A stretch of DNA of 63,292 nucleotides, counting the filler, from Sluysia triapertura (lineage: Eukaryota): NCBI GenBank assembly GCA_046118255.1. It is 5 parts of 5 records of this genome, joined end to end, with 100 filler letters (N's around TTAATTAATTAA, not from the genome) between each part and the next. Parts side by side here need not be neighbours in the genome. Positions count along the whole stretch, not along the records: positions 16,361 to 28,568 come from JBJNIA010129184.1; positions 28,669 to 40,383 come from JBJNIA010177362.1; 3 more parts are not named here. The stretch is one strand, 5' to 3'. Under the pieces are notes generated by a model, which saw nothing but the letters and a program-made list of their open reading frames with translations, made no database searches and was not told where the DNA came from. Positions 25,282 through 39,600 of the stretch are shown one piece after another (within the stretch, counting starts at the first letter, position 1; each line of letters starts with the position of its first letter). The position numbers and the translations under genes are program-made.

Positions 25282-26039
25282 TAAAGTGTAGAAAAATATT
25301 TAAAATTGCATTATTAAATTTTTATGTTATTAAACTATGAATTATTAAATTCAAAATTATGTTGCAGAGTATTGTTGTGTTATTAAACTTTCATTAAATG
25401 TTTATACTATGAAAATTCTTATTATTAAAATATCAAACCATTGTAAAACGATTCAATTGTTACTTATTAATAGTTATGTAGAATAATATCAAAGAAGTTA
25501 ATAGTAACACAATTTCCAGAATAATTGAAATTGTTTAATTAGATATACGATTAATTTTAAATTGTTTAATAAAAATCAAATTATTATAATAAAAAATTAA
25601 ATATCGAATTTTTGATATCGTTGAACAAATAAAAACACAATTATTAAAAAAATTGAGTATTAATAGACAAGTTCTATTCCTAAGTTCATTAATTGATATT
25701 TGGTTTCAAATTCCAATAGAGTTTTAATATTAATACTACGATTAATATTAATATTATTTGATATTAACATTGACATTCTGATTTAACTTGAATATTGATT
25801 AAAGTAACATTTAAATCAAGTAAATCTAAAAGCAACATTTTAATAATCAAATTAATTAAAGTTTAATGAAAATCGAAAGGCAATATTTTTACGTTTAAAA
25901 ACAATCACGCGTGGTATTTGTTATTTGTATTTTTGTTCTACCTTTATTTTTAGTTTTTTAACGATTCATTGTTTATTACAGTTCAAAAGACTTCGTTTGG
26001 ATAATTTTGTATCTTCTTTACTTAAGTTCAAGGAAGATA

Positions 26040-26247
26040 ATTTGTATCTTAACCTTATCAAACAAAATTACACTTCCATCTCTTACACCAGAGACGAGAG
26101 AACAGTAAACTCCAGTACATTATATTAAGTGTTACAATATTAAGTATTAAAAGCTTTAGACTTGACACACGAGAGTGATATTTAAAGAACTAATATCTTT
26201 CAATTCAAGTATCGATTTTAGTGCACAAGCTTAATAAATTTCTAACA
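26040..26247 (+). repeat. Dispersed LTR-like repeat (family C), copy 2
   Basis: ATCAAACAAAATT.C.CT.CCATCTCTTAC shared with about 1127-1155. Ends TTCTAACA. Confidence 0.55.
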
Positions 26248-28493
26248 ACAATAATAATAATAATTATAATAATAAAAATATGACCTTAAAGCATAAATAG
26301 TGTATAAATCCAATCAAATGTGAATTGGCTACTTCAGTGCATGAATGAATGTGATGATAGGATTGACAAAAAGAAAAAATTTGTAAAGTAGTAGTTTGTG
26401 TGTTAAAAATTTAGAGCTACAATTAACAATGAGCAGTTAAAATCTAGATAATAGAAAAAGAAAAGTTGTAAAATCAAGATTTAAACAATTTAGAAATAAA
26501 AGACGCCAGATAGTGCTGTTCGTGATAAATGTTAAAGCGAAGCACAAAAAGTTATGAATTAAAGTTCAATAGCGATCCCAAACTTGAAGTGAAATTAAAT
26601 AATGATGAGTTAAAGATAAATAGACTTAAAGTAAAATCAAATGATACCTAATTAAGTACATGAAGTGGAATTAAATAATGATGAATTAAAAACAAATAAG
26701 GTACAGAGTCATGGTAGATTATGTAGATATAAATTCAAATAAGTTATCATCAAACCAAATTAAGCTATGATAATCTAACCTAGACTAATCATGCTAGACT
26801 AATCATGATGTATAATCGAGTTTTATTTTTAAAATTGGATTCAACACACCAACTCATTGGAGAAAATCTTATTACTTCGGCCTATATCATATTTAAAGTA
26901 CGTATTACATGTGACTTCCCAAATTTTTCTCATATATTTTTATAGGGTAAATGAGCTCCCAAAAATTAGAGTAAATCACAAAATAATACCTATGATCTTT
27001 GAAAATAAGTATAACGTCTCAATAATAGACAGAATATTTTTAGAGTCCACATACGACTTGCAATAAATTCGTACTGTGAAATTAAGTCTAGAATAATGTG
27101 TTTCAAATACTTATTATCTACTAAAACTTATAATTGTTTGATGTTGAACTTGGATGAATATTATTAATATTAAATTACGACCATAAAAAGTTACACATTA
27201 CTTAACTTCACTTAATCATACATAGTTACCATTCTGATACAATCACTCGTGATACTACCTATAAACCCTATAACTTAACTAGTTTTGATATTTCTTTAAA
27301 AAATTATTAGATGTCACATAAAAGATAACATAAATAAGCATTCCTTCACTTCAATAGATTATTTACTACAACTAAATCATAAAACTCATTTCTAACCATA
27401 AGTAGTGCTATAATGAATCTAACTTTCGACGTTTTATGAAAAGGATTTCTAATGTGAGTACGAAAATATTGTAATTTTCTACATGGAATTGACCATTCGA
27501 AAAGCAATTTTTAGTATTGAAAATCGAAGCTGTTTTTAGAATTCTAACAGCATTCCTATTAGAATCAGTAGAAATTTTGTTATAAAACATATCCATAAAT
27601 GATTAAATTTAATAATATTATGATTGCTTTTATATATTATCTTTGTTTGTTTAAGATAGATTGTTTTTCAAATTTCTATAGATACTAACTTAAAGTATTG
27701 TAATAACGCAATACACATAAGAAATTTTAGCACAAAATCCCGATTTTATTTTCATATCTTTTATAAGCTGTGTATTTTCGTTGATTTCAGTTTCCAAATT
27801 TGTAATGTTTATCAGTATTACTTATTATTGTGACAAACAAAATAAATTCGATATTTTTAAACTTACTTCGAATTATCATTTCGGTTATATTGTAAGATTT
27901 ATCTAAATTATCTGATTCAACATAAATACAAGGTCGTAAAGCGGCGTAATTTGGTTTCACGGAAAAGTGTTTCGGCTTAAATCCAAATTTATCAATAATA
28001 TCTAAATAATAATAATTATAATAACAACAATAGTAATAATAATAATGATAATAAAAATAATAAATATTTTCAAATATTTGCTATTCACAATGATTAGTAA
28101 TAAAAAATAATTTAAATCTAGTAATTATGATATACAAAATGTGAAGGAAAAGCAAATTAAAAAGTGAATTTATATTCAATATAACACCGAATTGTAAAGT
28201 ACATAAATATTGAGTTATTTTTTATTAATAAATTTTATTTTATTAATAAATTTTTAATATTGTTTTAAAATGATATATATATTTTGCAATAAGTGATAGA
28301 CAAAGGACTTTAAAATAAGAAGAATTATAATTTTTAATGAACATAAGAATGAAATATCATGAAGAATCTAGTAATACTTCAATATATACCGAAATAAATA
28401 CGAAAAAATTGATCGAATAATTATAATTAACTGAATTAAAACATACGTATATAGTTCTGGATTGGCTCGAATAAATTTTATGAAGTTCTAAAG

Positions 28494-28738
28494 CAGTGAT
28501 TCTCAGCCTTTTTTTGTTGCGGCACTATTTTAAAGATTTCAAAATTTGGCGGCACAGTTTAAAAATTANNNNNNNNNNNNNNNNNNNNNNNNNNNNNNNN
28601 NNNNNNNNNNNNTTAATTAATTAANNNNNNNNNNNNNNNNNNNNNNNNNNNNNNNNNNNNNNNNNNNNTGATTGAAAAGTATCAGATCTTTGCGACCCCC
28701 TTTCAGTAGTCTCGCGACCCACAGTTTAAGAAGCCCTG
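28494..28738. mobile_element. hAT-Charlie-type MITE ends on either side of an assembly gap
   Basis: CAGTGATTCTCAGCCT left end and AGTTTAAGAAGCCCTG right end. The flanks TTCTAAAG and ATTTAGAC differ, so these are probably two separate copies. Confidence 0.7.
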
Positions 28739-29019
28739 ATTTAGACGAATATTTACCAACATTTAAACGAAATGTGTTAATCCTCAAATAAGATGACTTC
28801 GATTTTAAAAATAAATGAATTTCAAATTATTTTACAATGAAAAACGTTGCTTTTACTTAGGTGACAAACGTAGAAAAAACCTATAGGGTATCGCAGAATG
28901 GAACGCCTTTTAACTCTGGCATGCATGTGCCAAAATCATTTACTGTTACATGTAATTATGCCATTATACAGTTTCATAATATTAGATTTAATCAAAGGTG
29001 GATTATATATGGGTGCTTT

Positions 29020-29192
29020 TGTTGAGGTACAAGCCTAAAGTGCCGTGGAATAATGATAGTATAATTAACTATAATAAAACAAATTGTTGGGCAGGACTGA
29101 TAGTTCAGTGGTCAGTGCATCGAACTGAACAGCTGTGAACAAGAGGTGCCAGGTTCGATTCCTTGTCAGTCCATTTTATGAAGTCTATAACA
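29020..29192 (+). mobile_element. tRNA-containing LTR, same family as 663-1048
   Basis: TGTTGAGGTACAAGCCTAAAGTGCC...TAGTTCAGTGG...GGTTCGATTCC...CAGTCCATTTTATGAAGTCTATAACA. A possible start of a second LTR at about 29261 shares ATGCGTAAAGTG with the 911 copy. Confidence 0.75.
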
Positions 29193-29710
29193 TTATAATA
29201 TATAAAATAAGAATAAAACAATTTTTATTGAAAGAATCAAATAAAATGATGGATTATGTTTGTTAATGGAATGCGTAAAGTGAAAAAAGAAAGATGAAAA
29301 CAAAAACTTTCTATGAAGTTTTACTGTTGAAAGTGCAAAAAAATATTTATTAATTAAAGGTTGTTTGATTTAAAAACTATATAAAAGTGTAATAATATAT
29401 CTATTTTTTGCGATGATTTTAACTTACGCTATGCAAAATTATTCTGAAGGCGAGTGCACCTAATAGAGACGGTTTATATCCAACCGAATGCGGTCTATTA
29501 GGATTTTAAATGTGCCTAAAGAACTAGGCTTATCTAACAAGAGTACAATCCTTCTCTTAATCATTCAACTAGTACATTAAATTTAATCGATTACGTTGAA
29601 CTAGCCAAATTATGGTCTAATTGTGTTAGTACTTAAGCTAGCCGAATATGGTCTAGCAAATACAGAATAGATTTTATACATCCGTAATATATTATAACTT
29701 TTTAACAACA

Positions 29711-29905
29711 TGGGAACTCGTGTTTATAGATCCACCACAAACAATAATCTACAACGTTCAACGAGCACCAATAAATATGGACGGGACAATACACGCACAC
29801 TTAGATATATTAGATAAACAAATAAATGAATATATTTACGTTTGGAAAGAATCTCCCTTTGATTTAATAATTGATTCTAGGGGTGGTACAACAATAATAA
29901 AATAA
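29711..29905 (+). pseudogene. Possible retroelement protease fragment
   Basis: IYNVQRAPINMDGTIHAHLDILDKQINEYIYVWKESPFDLII resembles the C-terminal half of a retropepsin. No catalytic motif seen. Confidence 0.35.
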
Positions 29906-30475
29906 TAGAAAGCGTGAATTACTAATGTCGTAATAATCGTAATGTCGCTTATAAGACTGTGACGATTACTAAAGATAAATCATCAAGCACAGTGTTTACC
30001 ACAAATGTGGAGAGCTTTTCCAGATATTTTGTTCTAATTTTATTACGAAATTGAGAGCGTTTATGTAGTAGTCAGATAATTGATGAGTAGATTAAAAATT
30101 GGAAAATATAAATAATTACCTCACATAATTACTCGTTAATGAGCCGACCAATTTCAATAATTAAATTTCGACAGTAATTTCAGTCGGCTTCCAAATTACC
30201 TAAAAATAATGGAATTTGTGGCGAACTATTCCCTTATTTTTCAACATAACTCAATCAAAATTTATTATCGTATTACACTAATATTTTGATATTAAAATAA
30301 TATTTCAATTTAAAATAAGCATAAAACTAATCAAATACCATATTTAACTTCTATAATAAGATTTTATACAATACGTCATGCATTTAGTTGTGAAAAGATT
30401 TGGTTACGTTTTGAATTTAAATAAAATATTACTTTATAATTAAAATACAAATAACTTTTCTCGAATTTAATTAAT

Positions 30476-32379
30476 TCAATTAAAACAGTAAGAACGGTGA
30501 ACATATATTGTACTTAAATTTGCAAATTGTTTATTAATCAAATTTAAAGTTTGTTTTTTGGGGATTACTTTTTTGACATGTTCCAAATTTGATATTGATG
30601 CGTTCATAAAAGATGGTAAAGAATAATAAGACATAATTATAAAAGTATAAGTATGGTATACAAGTGTAAGTATAAGTATAATTACTTTAAGATTATGATG
30701 TTCGTGAATTATTTCTAAATCATTTTCATTATCAATAATTACTGTTGCAAAATAACTTGGAATATCATTAATCTGTAAATTTTTATAAAACTCACTAAAT
30801 CGTTTCTTGTCAGTCTCGAACATCAACTTCGACATATCGATTGCACGTATACTTTTAATAACTTAATTCATTTGTAACCAAACCCATTCACCCCTAATAA
30901 CTTTAACACCATCGACTTTTTGTTTAATATCAGATAAAATTATTTCAACGTGTAAATCGGACCGTTTCGGAACTTTTTTTAGAAAATTGAGAATATGGCA
31001 AAATTCTTAAATAATCTTCTTTGATTCTATCAAGAGTGATCCTGGTAAAACGGATAATATTAATTCATGAATAAAAACGTTGTAATCTAAAATTAAAGGA
31101 TTAATTATCAAATTACGTCATATGGTATCAGTTTTATAGTCTCTTGTATTCTTAACGTATACGTTATGGCCATCAATTATAGCATAATGTGGTGGAGTAG
31201 TTACTTCTAAATTTTCTTGATCATTAATTTTAACATTTATTGATTCTGTGATAACTTTATACTAAATTCTATGTGTTCTTTGTTTTTAATCATCATTTTT
31301 TTATTTCGAATAATGACCATAAGAATCTTTATATAATAGACTGAATAATAAACTGTGCTGGATAATTAATAAATTGTGGCTTTAGAATCACTATGAAAAT
31401 TTTTAGTGTATAATCGAAAAATTGTTGAATAGTATAAATTGTTAAATAAACTAATAAATTTGCTGGTAGATCTATTTTTACTTTTGTTCTTTTTAACCAA
31501 TGTCTTAGCCAATGTATGTGTTTTTTATTGGCTGATCAACCAGGAGAACAAATATATGATCTGGTTTGGTAGCCAATGCCGGCACAGAAAATTGACTGTT
31601 AATGAAACCTTAACCACTATCAATGATGGCAACAAATTACAAATGCGAATTTTGACACAAAGAAACAATGATTATAGTAATTATAATAACTAAAAATGAT
31701 AATAAAAATGAATAAAATAATAGTAAAAATAAAATGATGATAGTAATAATAATAACAATAATGTTATTATTATTATTGTTATAAATCGCATAAACCTTTT
31801 AAAGTTACAAGATCTTTCTGTATTTCTCTTATTATATAGACATATTATTTAAAGGTCTTTATTATGTTTGAAAGACAAAAAGTCTAAGTGTCGAGATTGT
31901 CAACTTCTGGTATTTTAAATTCATATTAATAATTTTCGATGAAATTTAAAAATGTAATTGTGATACTAATGTTGTAGAATAATACGTAAATGTTTTAAAT
32001 GAATTTTTAAATGCGATTTAATGGTTTTAACTGAAGATACAGTTTGAATATTGAAAACTTATGACTTAAGTGTTTTGAGGTAATATATAGATGTTTTATA
32101 TGAATTTTTAGATATACCTTGATGTTTTAGAATGAAAGTAAGGTTTGGATGTTAGAAGATTGGAACTTGAAATGTAGTAACATCTAATGTGTATTAATGG
32201 TGTTGAATGTATTTATGGTTTGAATGTTTATCGATGTGTTATTGTTATGAGTAAAAGGTTTTTGATGAATTGTTAATGAATTTGGTAGTGGGTATGTTTT
32301 TGATATTATGAAGTGTGAAATAAAGATGTTTTGAGAAGGTTAAGATAAAATTTGTAACAGTTATAAGTTAGCCACCACA
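30476..32379 (-). mobile_element. Family-A LTR-like start plus a decayed unknown ORF (about 31320-30476)
   Basis: Minus strand: TGTGGTGGCTAAC, C/A-rich tract, ATT tract, CCAAT cluster, then about 280 codons with a few stops. 31957-32001 resembles 59978-60023. Confidence 0.5.
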
Positions 32380-33492
32380 ACGCATTTAAATAACATGTCT
32401 GAATTGTCTCTCAGTGAGCATCAATTTAATATATACTTTAATTATACTTAGGTATTACAACATATATAAATTTAATTTTAGATTATAAAACTAATTAAAA
32501 TAACTAAGTTTTACGCTATCTGTGTCGACCTGCTTCGCAATATTTCAATATTAGGAATACTAATAAAATTCAACATTACACACTAATTCAACTGTTATTT
32601 TATCACGTACAGAGACTTTTCAAGAAATAATTAAATTAAACAATTTTTAATTAAATTAATTATTAATTAAAAAGTAAAACCTCATAAAGGGTTCTTTCTT
32701 TTTTATTTTGATTTAAATATTTTATACACTTATTCCATTAACATAATTCGTCGTAATATTTTATATTATTTCGTCAATAATACTTACTTTACTTTCATAC
32801 TATAAGCTATAATCATTTATCTACTCCAATCTTTAATCAAACTCAACAGTATAAATTCTATTTAATAATAAATATTAATAATGATTTAGAGTAGGATAAC
32901 AGTGGAAATTTTGTCGCGTTCTTGTATTAAATTAATAAATGTGATTCTTTAACAGAATTCCAGTATTTAACTTTATCACAACGAAAATGTGGAGTATCAA
33001 AATCAATAATATTTCAATAATAACTAAATATAAATCAGTTTCGTTTTAAAAAAATGTATTATTAAAATGACACTTAAATTTTAGCAACAGAATAACAAAT
33101 AAATTAATAATGTAAGTGTTTTTTCCTTTTCTGTGAATTCTAACCTCACCTAATAAGTACGTTTTACGTTTATTTCTAAAGGAAGTCTTATTAGGATTTT
33201 TACTCTAAACTAAAAACTTGAAATTAATACAAGTTTTATTGATAACAATGTTACAAAACTTATACTATAAAATTATTAACAAATCAGATTACAGTATATA
33301 TTTGTAAAAAATATATGACGGATATTTAATGTTATCACCTTTAGTTCTTTATTAATTTTTATATAAAACATTATTTTATAATCAAGCATTAAATTTGAAA
33401 AATTTCAAAAACATTAAAATTATATTTAAAATTAAAAGATTTATAGTACTTAAATTCATGAACTATTAAAACATTAGGGTCCTTAATCATAT

Positions 33493-33650
33493 TGTTGAGG
33501 TAAAAGGCCTAAAAGGTGCCATGAAGTATAATGGAATATAATAAAAATGAAATTGTTAGACGGGGCTGATAGCTCAGTGGTAGAGCATCGACTGTGCAGA
33601 CGATGGTCCCGGGTTCGATCCCCGGTCAGTCCCTTTTTTGAAGTCTAACA
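33493..33650 (+). mobile_element. tRNA-containing LTR, best-preserved copy
   Basis: TGTTGAGGTAAAAGGCCTAA...GAAGTCTAACA, collinear with 663-818 and followed by GA-TGG. Confidence 0.8.
33563..33639 (+). ncRNA. tRNA-like Pol III unit inside the LTR (Cys/Ala-like; not a canonical tRNA)
   Basis: Acceptor stem GGGCTGA/TCAGTCC, D arm GCTC-AGTGGTA-GAGC, T arm CCGGG-TTCGATC-CCCGG, irregular anticodon arm, then a T6 terminator. Confidence 0.6.
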
Positions 33651-34000
33651 GATGGAAAACCTTTTAAGGAAGTAATTAAAATATTAAGAAGTATTGACCG
33701 TTCAATTTCACAAAAGAAAAATAAGAATAACATTGATTATGTAAGCGATAACGAAGAAAAAGGGGATAAGAGCCCTAAAATGACAAGAAATAATAGAACT
33801 AATGTGCTTTTATTAGTAAATTATCGATATGTGACCTTTAATTTTTATGAATTAACAAATTATCGATTTGTGACCTTTAATCTTTATTTTAACAAATTAT
33901 CGTTACAATACTGTAAATTTTGAGATTTAGTCATTTTTATATTTCATTTGTATTATTGTTAAAATTTTAAAGCGTTTGTAATCTATTTTATAATTATTAA

Positions 34001-34400
34001 CACGTTCACAAAAAAATGTGACATTGATTTTTTTGATTGATTAATATCGGTTTTATTTGTGATATGACAAATTGACTTTAAGTTGCTCTCTAGGGTGACA
34101 TGAATCATGTATATATGAAGAATTAAGGCAAACATTTACATTAAATAAATTTTTAACGGCTACAGCTATCAATTTCAACTGAAAAAGTAACATTTTGGCT
34201 TAATAAATATCATTGTTAAAATAAGAGAATGTGATAATTTATATTGACCTGTTAACTGAGTGGAAGAAACCATGCATCTCACATGCAAAACAATGCGCAA
34301 CAGGTAAAATGTGGTAATGCGTCATTTAAAAGATGTAGTATGCATAAATAGGGGGTGTGTGCTTTTGTCTTATTATTGTAAGTTATTGGTAGCAAACGTG
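34001..34400 (+). mobile_element. piggyBac deletion derivative
   Basis: TTAA|CACGTT ... AACGTG|TTAA, with a remnant of the C-terminal Cys-rich domain (QVKCGNASFKRCSM..GVC). Confidence 0.7.
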
Positions 34401-37400
34401 TTAAGGAAAATATGTGTATTGTTGTCATTTCAACAACAAATAGCTTTAATAGATGTTATTTGATAATTAGTAAGAATATCGTCTTTTTTTGTATAACCTA
34501 AAATATAATATCAAAATTAATAAATGAATTAATGAAATTGGCGCAAAAAGAAATTGTGAATAGATATATTTCAAAATAATAAATTACTCTATTAGATTAA
34601 CTGCAAAATAATGAAATTACAATGACATGTAGCATAAATTATTCTTGTTAAATATATTAATACATTAATATAAATATCATTTAAAATATATTATATATTA
34701 AACGAATCAAATATCATGTGTTTGCTACTTTATTAAATGCAGCTAATATTATTACTAATTTCAATTGTATTATCAAACATTAATCGTCTTATATAAATAC
34801 GTGTGTGTGTGTGTTTCCGAAATAAAAATATTACGCTGTAAAAATCATTTTAAAATGATTTTTATGAGGTAAATAGCAAAATTTTAACATGTTATGGAAA
34901 TATTATTAAAATATTAAAAAACATATTTTCAGTCACAATTAAGAGCCTCAGAAAATAAAAGAACTCAAACAATTATATTGAAAAAAATTTTAAAATGGTA
35001 ACATTATTTATATTACACTTTCAAATTTTTGGTAAGCAGGAAAATTGGTTCAAAATTACTTAAATCATATGAAAATATGAGCATTCATTTACGTATTAAA
35101 ACAACCATTTACTTTGATACTTTCAACAAAAATAATGAGGTATTTGAGTAACGTCTTACAAAAGAGCGAATTTTATTCTGAAATTTTAAAGTTTAAATCG
35201 AGTTCTTCTTGACCATAACTAGAAGTTATCTACTCTGTCATTAACACTTCTTCACTGTTATGTTCTAGTGAGTGATGATAAAATTCTGATGATAAAATTT
35301 GGGTTGAATTTCATAGCTAGGTTAGAGTTTACTTAACTTAGATGAAAAATCAAGTTATACTATCCGTGAGTTGTATAGGCTTAAAAAAGTTAATTTCGAT
35401 AATTAAAATGTTGCACTGTTTTAATATTCATTATCTTGCATTTTCTAAATATGTTGACTTCAAAAATGATATATAAATGATAAATATATAAAAATTATTT
35501 ACTTAATTATAGCATATGTAAATCTAATTAATTGATATAAATTAGTTAATATCGATAATCACAATAATAATTATAATTCCGACGTGATTTTGATCGAGCC
35601 ATTTTATCTTTATAATATTTTGAATAACTATCAGAAATACGTTTCAACTCGTGACGAAGATTTTCTTCGATTCTTTTATAACTATCTGGAGAATCTGAAA
35701 CATTAGTAATAATAGTGATAATAAATTAATGCAAATGTTTATAAAGTCACGCAAGATTCAATGAGTCATTATAGACACACTCAGAGAGTTAAGAAAGAAA
35801 TAATTATATTATCCAATGAATGTTACATATGCATGTTATTTTGTATACATGATTGAATAGCATGTTAAATTGTTATAGGAATTTGTAACGTATCAGTAGA
35901 TCGCCAACTACTGAATTACATTTTTGTTTTTCGAAAATTGAAGCAAGGATATCATAACAAAGGATAATGAGCAAGAATTTCAATTATCTACGGTTTGAAA
36001 TGTAGCCTGATCAGACACCGACAAATTTTGATTGAAGTATTATAAAATTCAATAATTAAAAATGAAATTAAAAAAAATTAGAATAAAAATTAATCCAAAT
36101 AATAAATATTAGAGGAGTAACGCCTTGTAAGATATATTATTAAGGTATATTGTCTTGCACTATTTCCAAAAAGTATATGGTGCAATTCATTTAGATAAGT
36201 ATAAAAAACTTGACAATGTTGCAAAATGGAGAGATACGGAATAGAAAATATATTTAAAGATTTTTGAATTCTAATGAAAGTTACGATTCGACTATAGAAC
36301 ACATCATCTAAGTTCTGGTATTTAAAATTTTGGTTAATTTGGGCTATTCAATCTTGTTCGTGATCGTGGGGAATCTAATTATTCTTCAATCTTTCGTATT
36401 TAAGCTTAAAAATCGTAAGTTATTTTCAGTTAAGGTTTTTCCTCCGAAAATCTTAAAAATTTATCAATTATGAAGATAAAATTATTAACCAGTGCTCAAG
36501 TACTAATATTATTTTATTAATGGATGTACAAATTTTAAATTAGGCTTTAAATCGCTGAAACTTCGATTGTGTCATTCTTTTTTCTGATAATATAATCTCA
36601 AAGATGTGTGGAAAATAATGGAGTAAAAATTTTAATTTCACTACTTTTATTACGAAATCAACTGTTTGCTTATGTATAATAGAATTTGAAAAAGTAAAAA
36701 CCAAACAATACTACAAATTATCGAAAAAAGGTTTTATAAATGCTATCAAATAAGAATTTTTAGATTTAATTAATTGCTACAATGCAGTGTTAAAAATTAA
36801 TAACAAAAACATTGTTTCTATTATGTATTTCTTATTTAACCAAATTTAATAAATAATTAATAACGTTGTACATAGACATTTTTTCTTCAAGTAAAATATC
36901 AGAAATGAATATAATCATAAGTAACTTTTTTAATCAATATAAAAATAATATATTAATTTATATTGCGTTAATACCTACTGCAAAATAAGTACTACAACAA
37001 AGAACTTTTCCTTTTTCTTAAATATTTCATAGTCTCAGTATTTTAACATTTCCTGGCAGCTGGTTGCATATTTTGAAATGTAAAGGTATAGTATCTACCA
37101 TCTGCCTTATATGACTGTGGATTCTGCATAACATAATGGCATTCATTTTGATTTCCGAATTTTTTTATTACTTCTTTGGTGGTTATTTATTTATTAGTTT
37201 CATGAAATATTGTTATGCAATAAAAATAATTACAATAGAAATTTTTAACTTTGCTTTTTGGTACTCTACTTTTAAAATTAACCAAATAAAGTTTATATTT
37301 TTTGAAACAATTCTATTATTACTTATCTTTTTAAACGTTAAAGTCGAAAGGAGTGTGAAAAGATTAAAAATTAATTAAATGAACAAAAATACTTAACACA

Positions 37401-38699
37401 ATTTATATTATATAAACTACTGATAAAAATTATATAAAAATTGAAGCATAAAGAAAACGATTTAGACACAACGTTTGTGAAGAGAACCAACATGCACATC
37501 GTTTGATCAATCAGAATACCTTGGTGTTGTTTTTTAACCTATATCTGAGACTTTTGAATAAATTTATGAATAATACTTGTGCTGCTCATCGATAGCATAT
37601 TGCCAATCATTACAAACTTCTACTATGTGCTTTATTTTCATCTTTATTATTATTAAATTCAGTTAAAAGTGAGTTAAATTCTTTCATTATTAATTTGCTC
37701 TCTTTTTTTGGACATTTTGCGATTTTCGTCATACCGATTAATAGTGATATTAATTTCATTAGGAAGATTTTCATAATAAACTATTGAATGGTTAACGTGG
37801 CCAACATTTAACACAATGAGCATGCCATCATCCCGCATTGCAAACAATAATTTGTTTACTTTTTATCTGAATGGGTAGCATATCTAACAGGTCTCTTTGA
37901 TGAAAAATATTTCTTTAAAATCTTGACGTCCGATTTATGACTTTCTGATAGTTCACTAATTTCCAAATGAGAACTCAAGAACACGACATTTTATGCAAGG
38001 TTTTACGCCTTTCACACGAGAGAATAACAATATATACGCATTGAGATTCATTTAATTCTTCATCATTGTCTTCATTTTCTATTGGATTTCCACTTTGTAT
38101 TCCACATTTTGGACGAGTAATTGTTGGAAATATGTCTTCATTTAATAAACAAGTTCTGTCAAAAACATGTAAATAATTTAGTACCACTACTTCCGCATAA
38201 GACTTATGACATTGAGAACAAACAGTTGGTAAGTACGACTTTGTTTCTAGACTATCACCTAGAACGTAGTGGAGGGAAATTTCATCTGCATTTTATGTCA
38301 CAATTTGTTTAACAATAATTCCAAATAATTGATATAAATTATGAATTATTTTTTTGAATTGTTCCGATTTAAACAACTCAATTATTTTCTAAATCCATCT
38401 TTTTTATAATACCACTATTTATATATTTATGATTTTTAGTCAAATAAAAATTTTTAATAACAAAACTTTAAAATAAAAATAGTTAACAAGAATGTCTATG
38501 CCTAAAGTTGGCAATAATAAACTCATTTAAAAAAATGACTATAGATAAAATAATATCAGAAAAATTAATTAGAAATTGGAATAAATGTAATAGTAAGTTT
38601 AACATTTACAGTGATAGGAAAATTTAGAATTTCAAAATTATAAATATATAAAAAAATAATGAAAGATAAGAAACAATTATTGTAAAATACAAAAAGTAA

Positions 38700-39086
38700 A
38701 AAATCATGCAAGATTTTGTGTGTGATAGATGCGTCGAAATTAGTTTATAGAGAGGTAATGTCTAGTGTTGCAGGTCAAATGATTTCTTAGGAATCAATGA
38801 GTGGTGAGTGCTTTGAAGATAATTAAAATATGTAGAATGCATATTTAAGTACAAGTATTGTAGATGGAAAAGTAGCTGTGGATAAGGGAATGAGCATATA
38901 ATTCGGATGATGATATTAGTAAACGATGACAAAGAGTTTGTGTGATGTGTTATTGTGTATTTAGATTAAAACGAATATTGGTGATTGATTGTTTATTTGG
39001 TGTATGAGAGATGTTTAATGAAGAGGTTTTCTCTTTTGTGTGTATAAAACGTTAGAAAAATTTGAGTTATGAGGTAAACCACTACA
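38700..39086 (-). repeat. Family-A-like LTR fragment
   Basis: Minus-strand start TGTAGTGGTTTACCTC followed by the same C/A-rich strand asymmetry. Confidence 0.35.
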
Positions 39087-39114
39087 ACTTCCAAGAGATA
39101 TTAAGGACTTTCAT

Positions 39115-39600
39115 AATGTAAGCATTTATAAATTATTGTCCTGATTTACTTTTATTGGTACCCAATGCAATTCTTTAAAATAAAGCATTGTATGAGATCT
39201 TACATCGAAAATTAGTCTTGATGATTGATTCATTATTAATTGCATGTAATTTTTGCACTTATATGTGGAATTGAGTACAATGTACCATTGTTAAAATCGA
39301 TGTTTTTAGTTATCAATGAATTAACAATTAGTTTAACTGTTTCTTTATTAATAAATTTTAAAATATTTGATATTTTCTTTAATTGGTGTTTATCATTTTT
39401 AACAGTACTTTTAATTCGTACTTTCAGTTTCTCTTCTTACCATCTTCAATTAATTTTCATTAGTGAAGATTATAAATTCTGACTTTAATAGTTCTTTTGT
39501 TATTTGAATATTATTCTCTGTTATTCATTTCAAATTCAGTGTATAGTTGCACATCATCAGAATCCATAAGATATTGAAAACAATACGATTCGATTATTTT
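39115..39600 (-). mobile_element. L2/Crack-clade LINE reverse transcriptase remnant
   Basis: SDDVQLY, LIVNSLITKNIDFNN, MNQSSRLIF and KELHWVPIK. Confidence 0.75.

Noticed and set aside
28494-28738. A single intact hAT MITE
   Set aside because: The 8-bp flanks differ and the middle is a linker gap.
33815-33905. CRISPR-like spaced repeats (also 377-450, 48288-48345 and 51370-51450)
   Set aside because: Short degenerate tandem duplications with no unique spacers or cas genes, in eukaryotic DNA.
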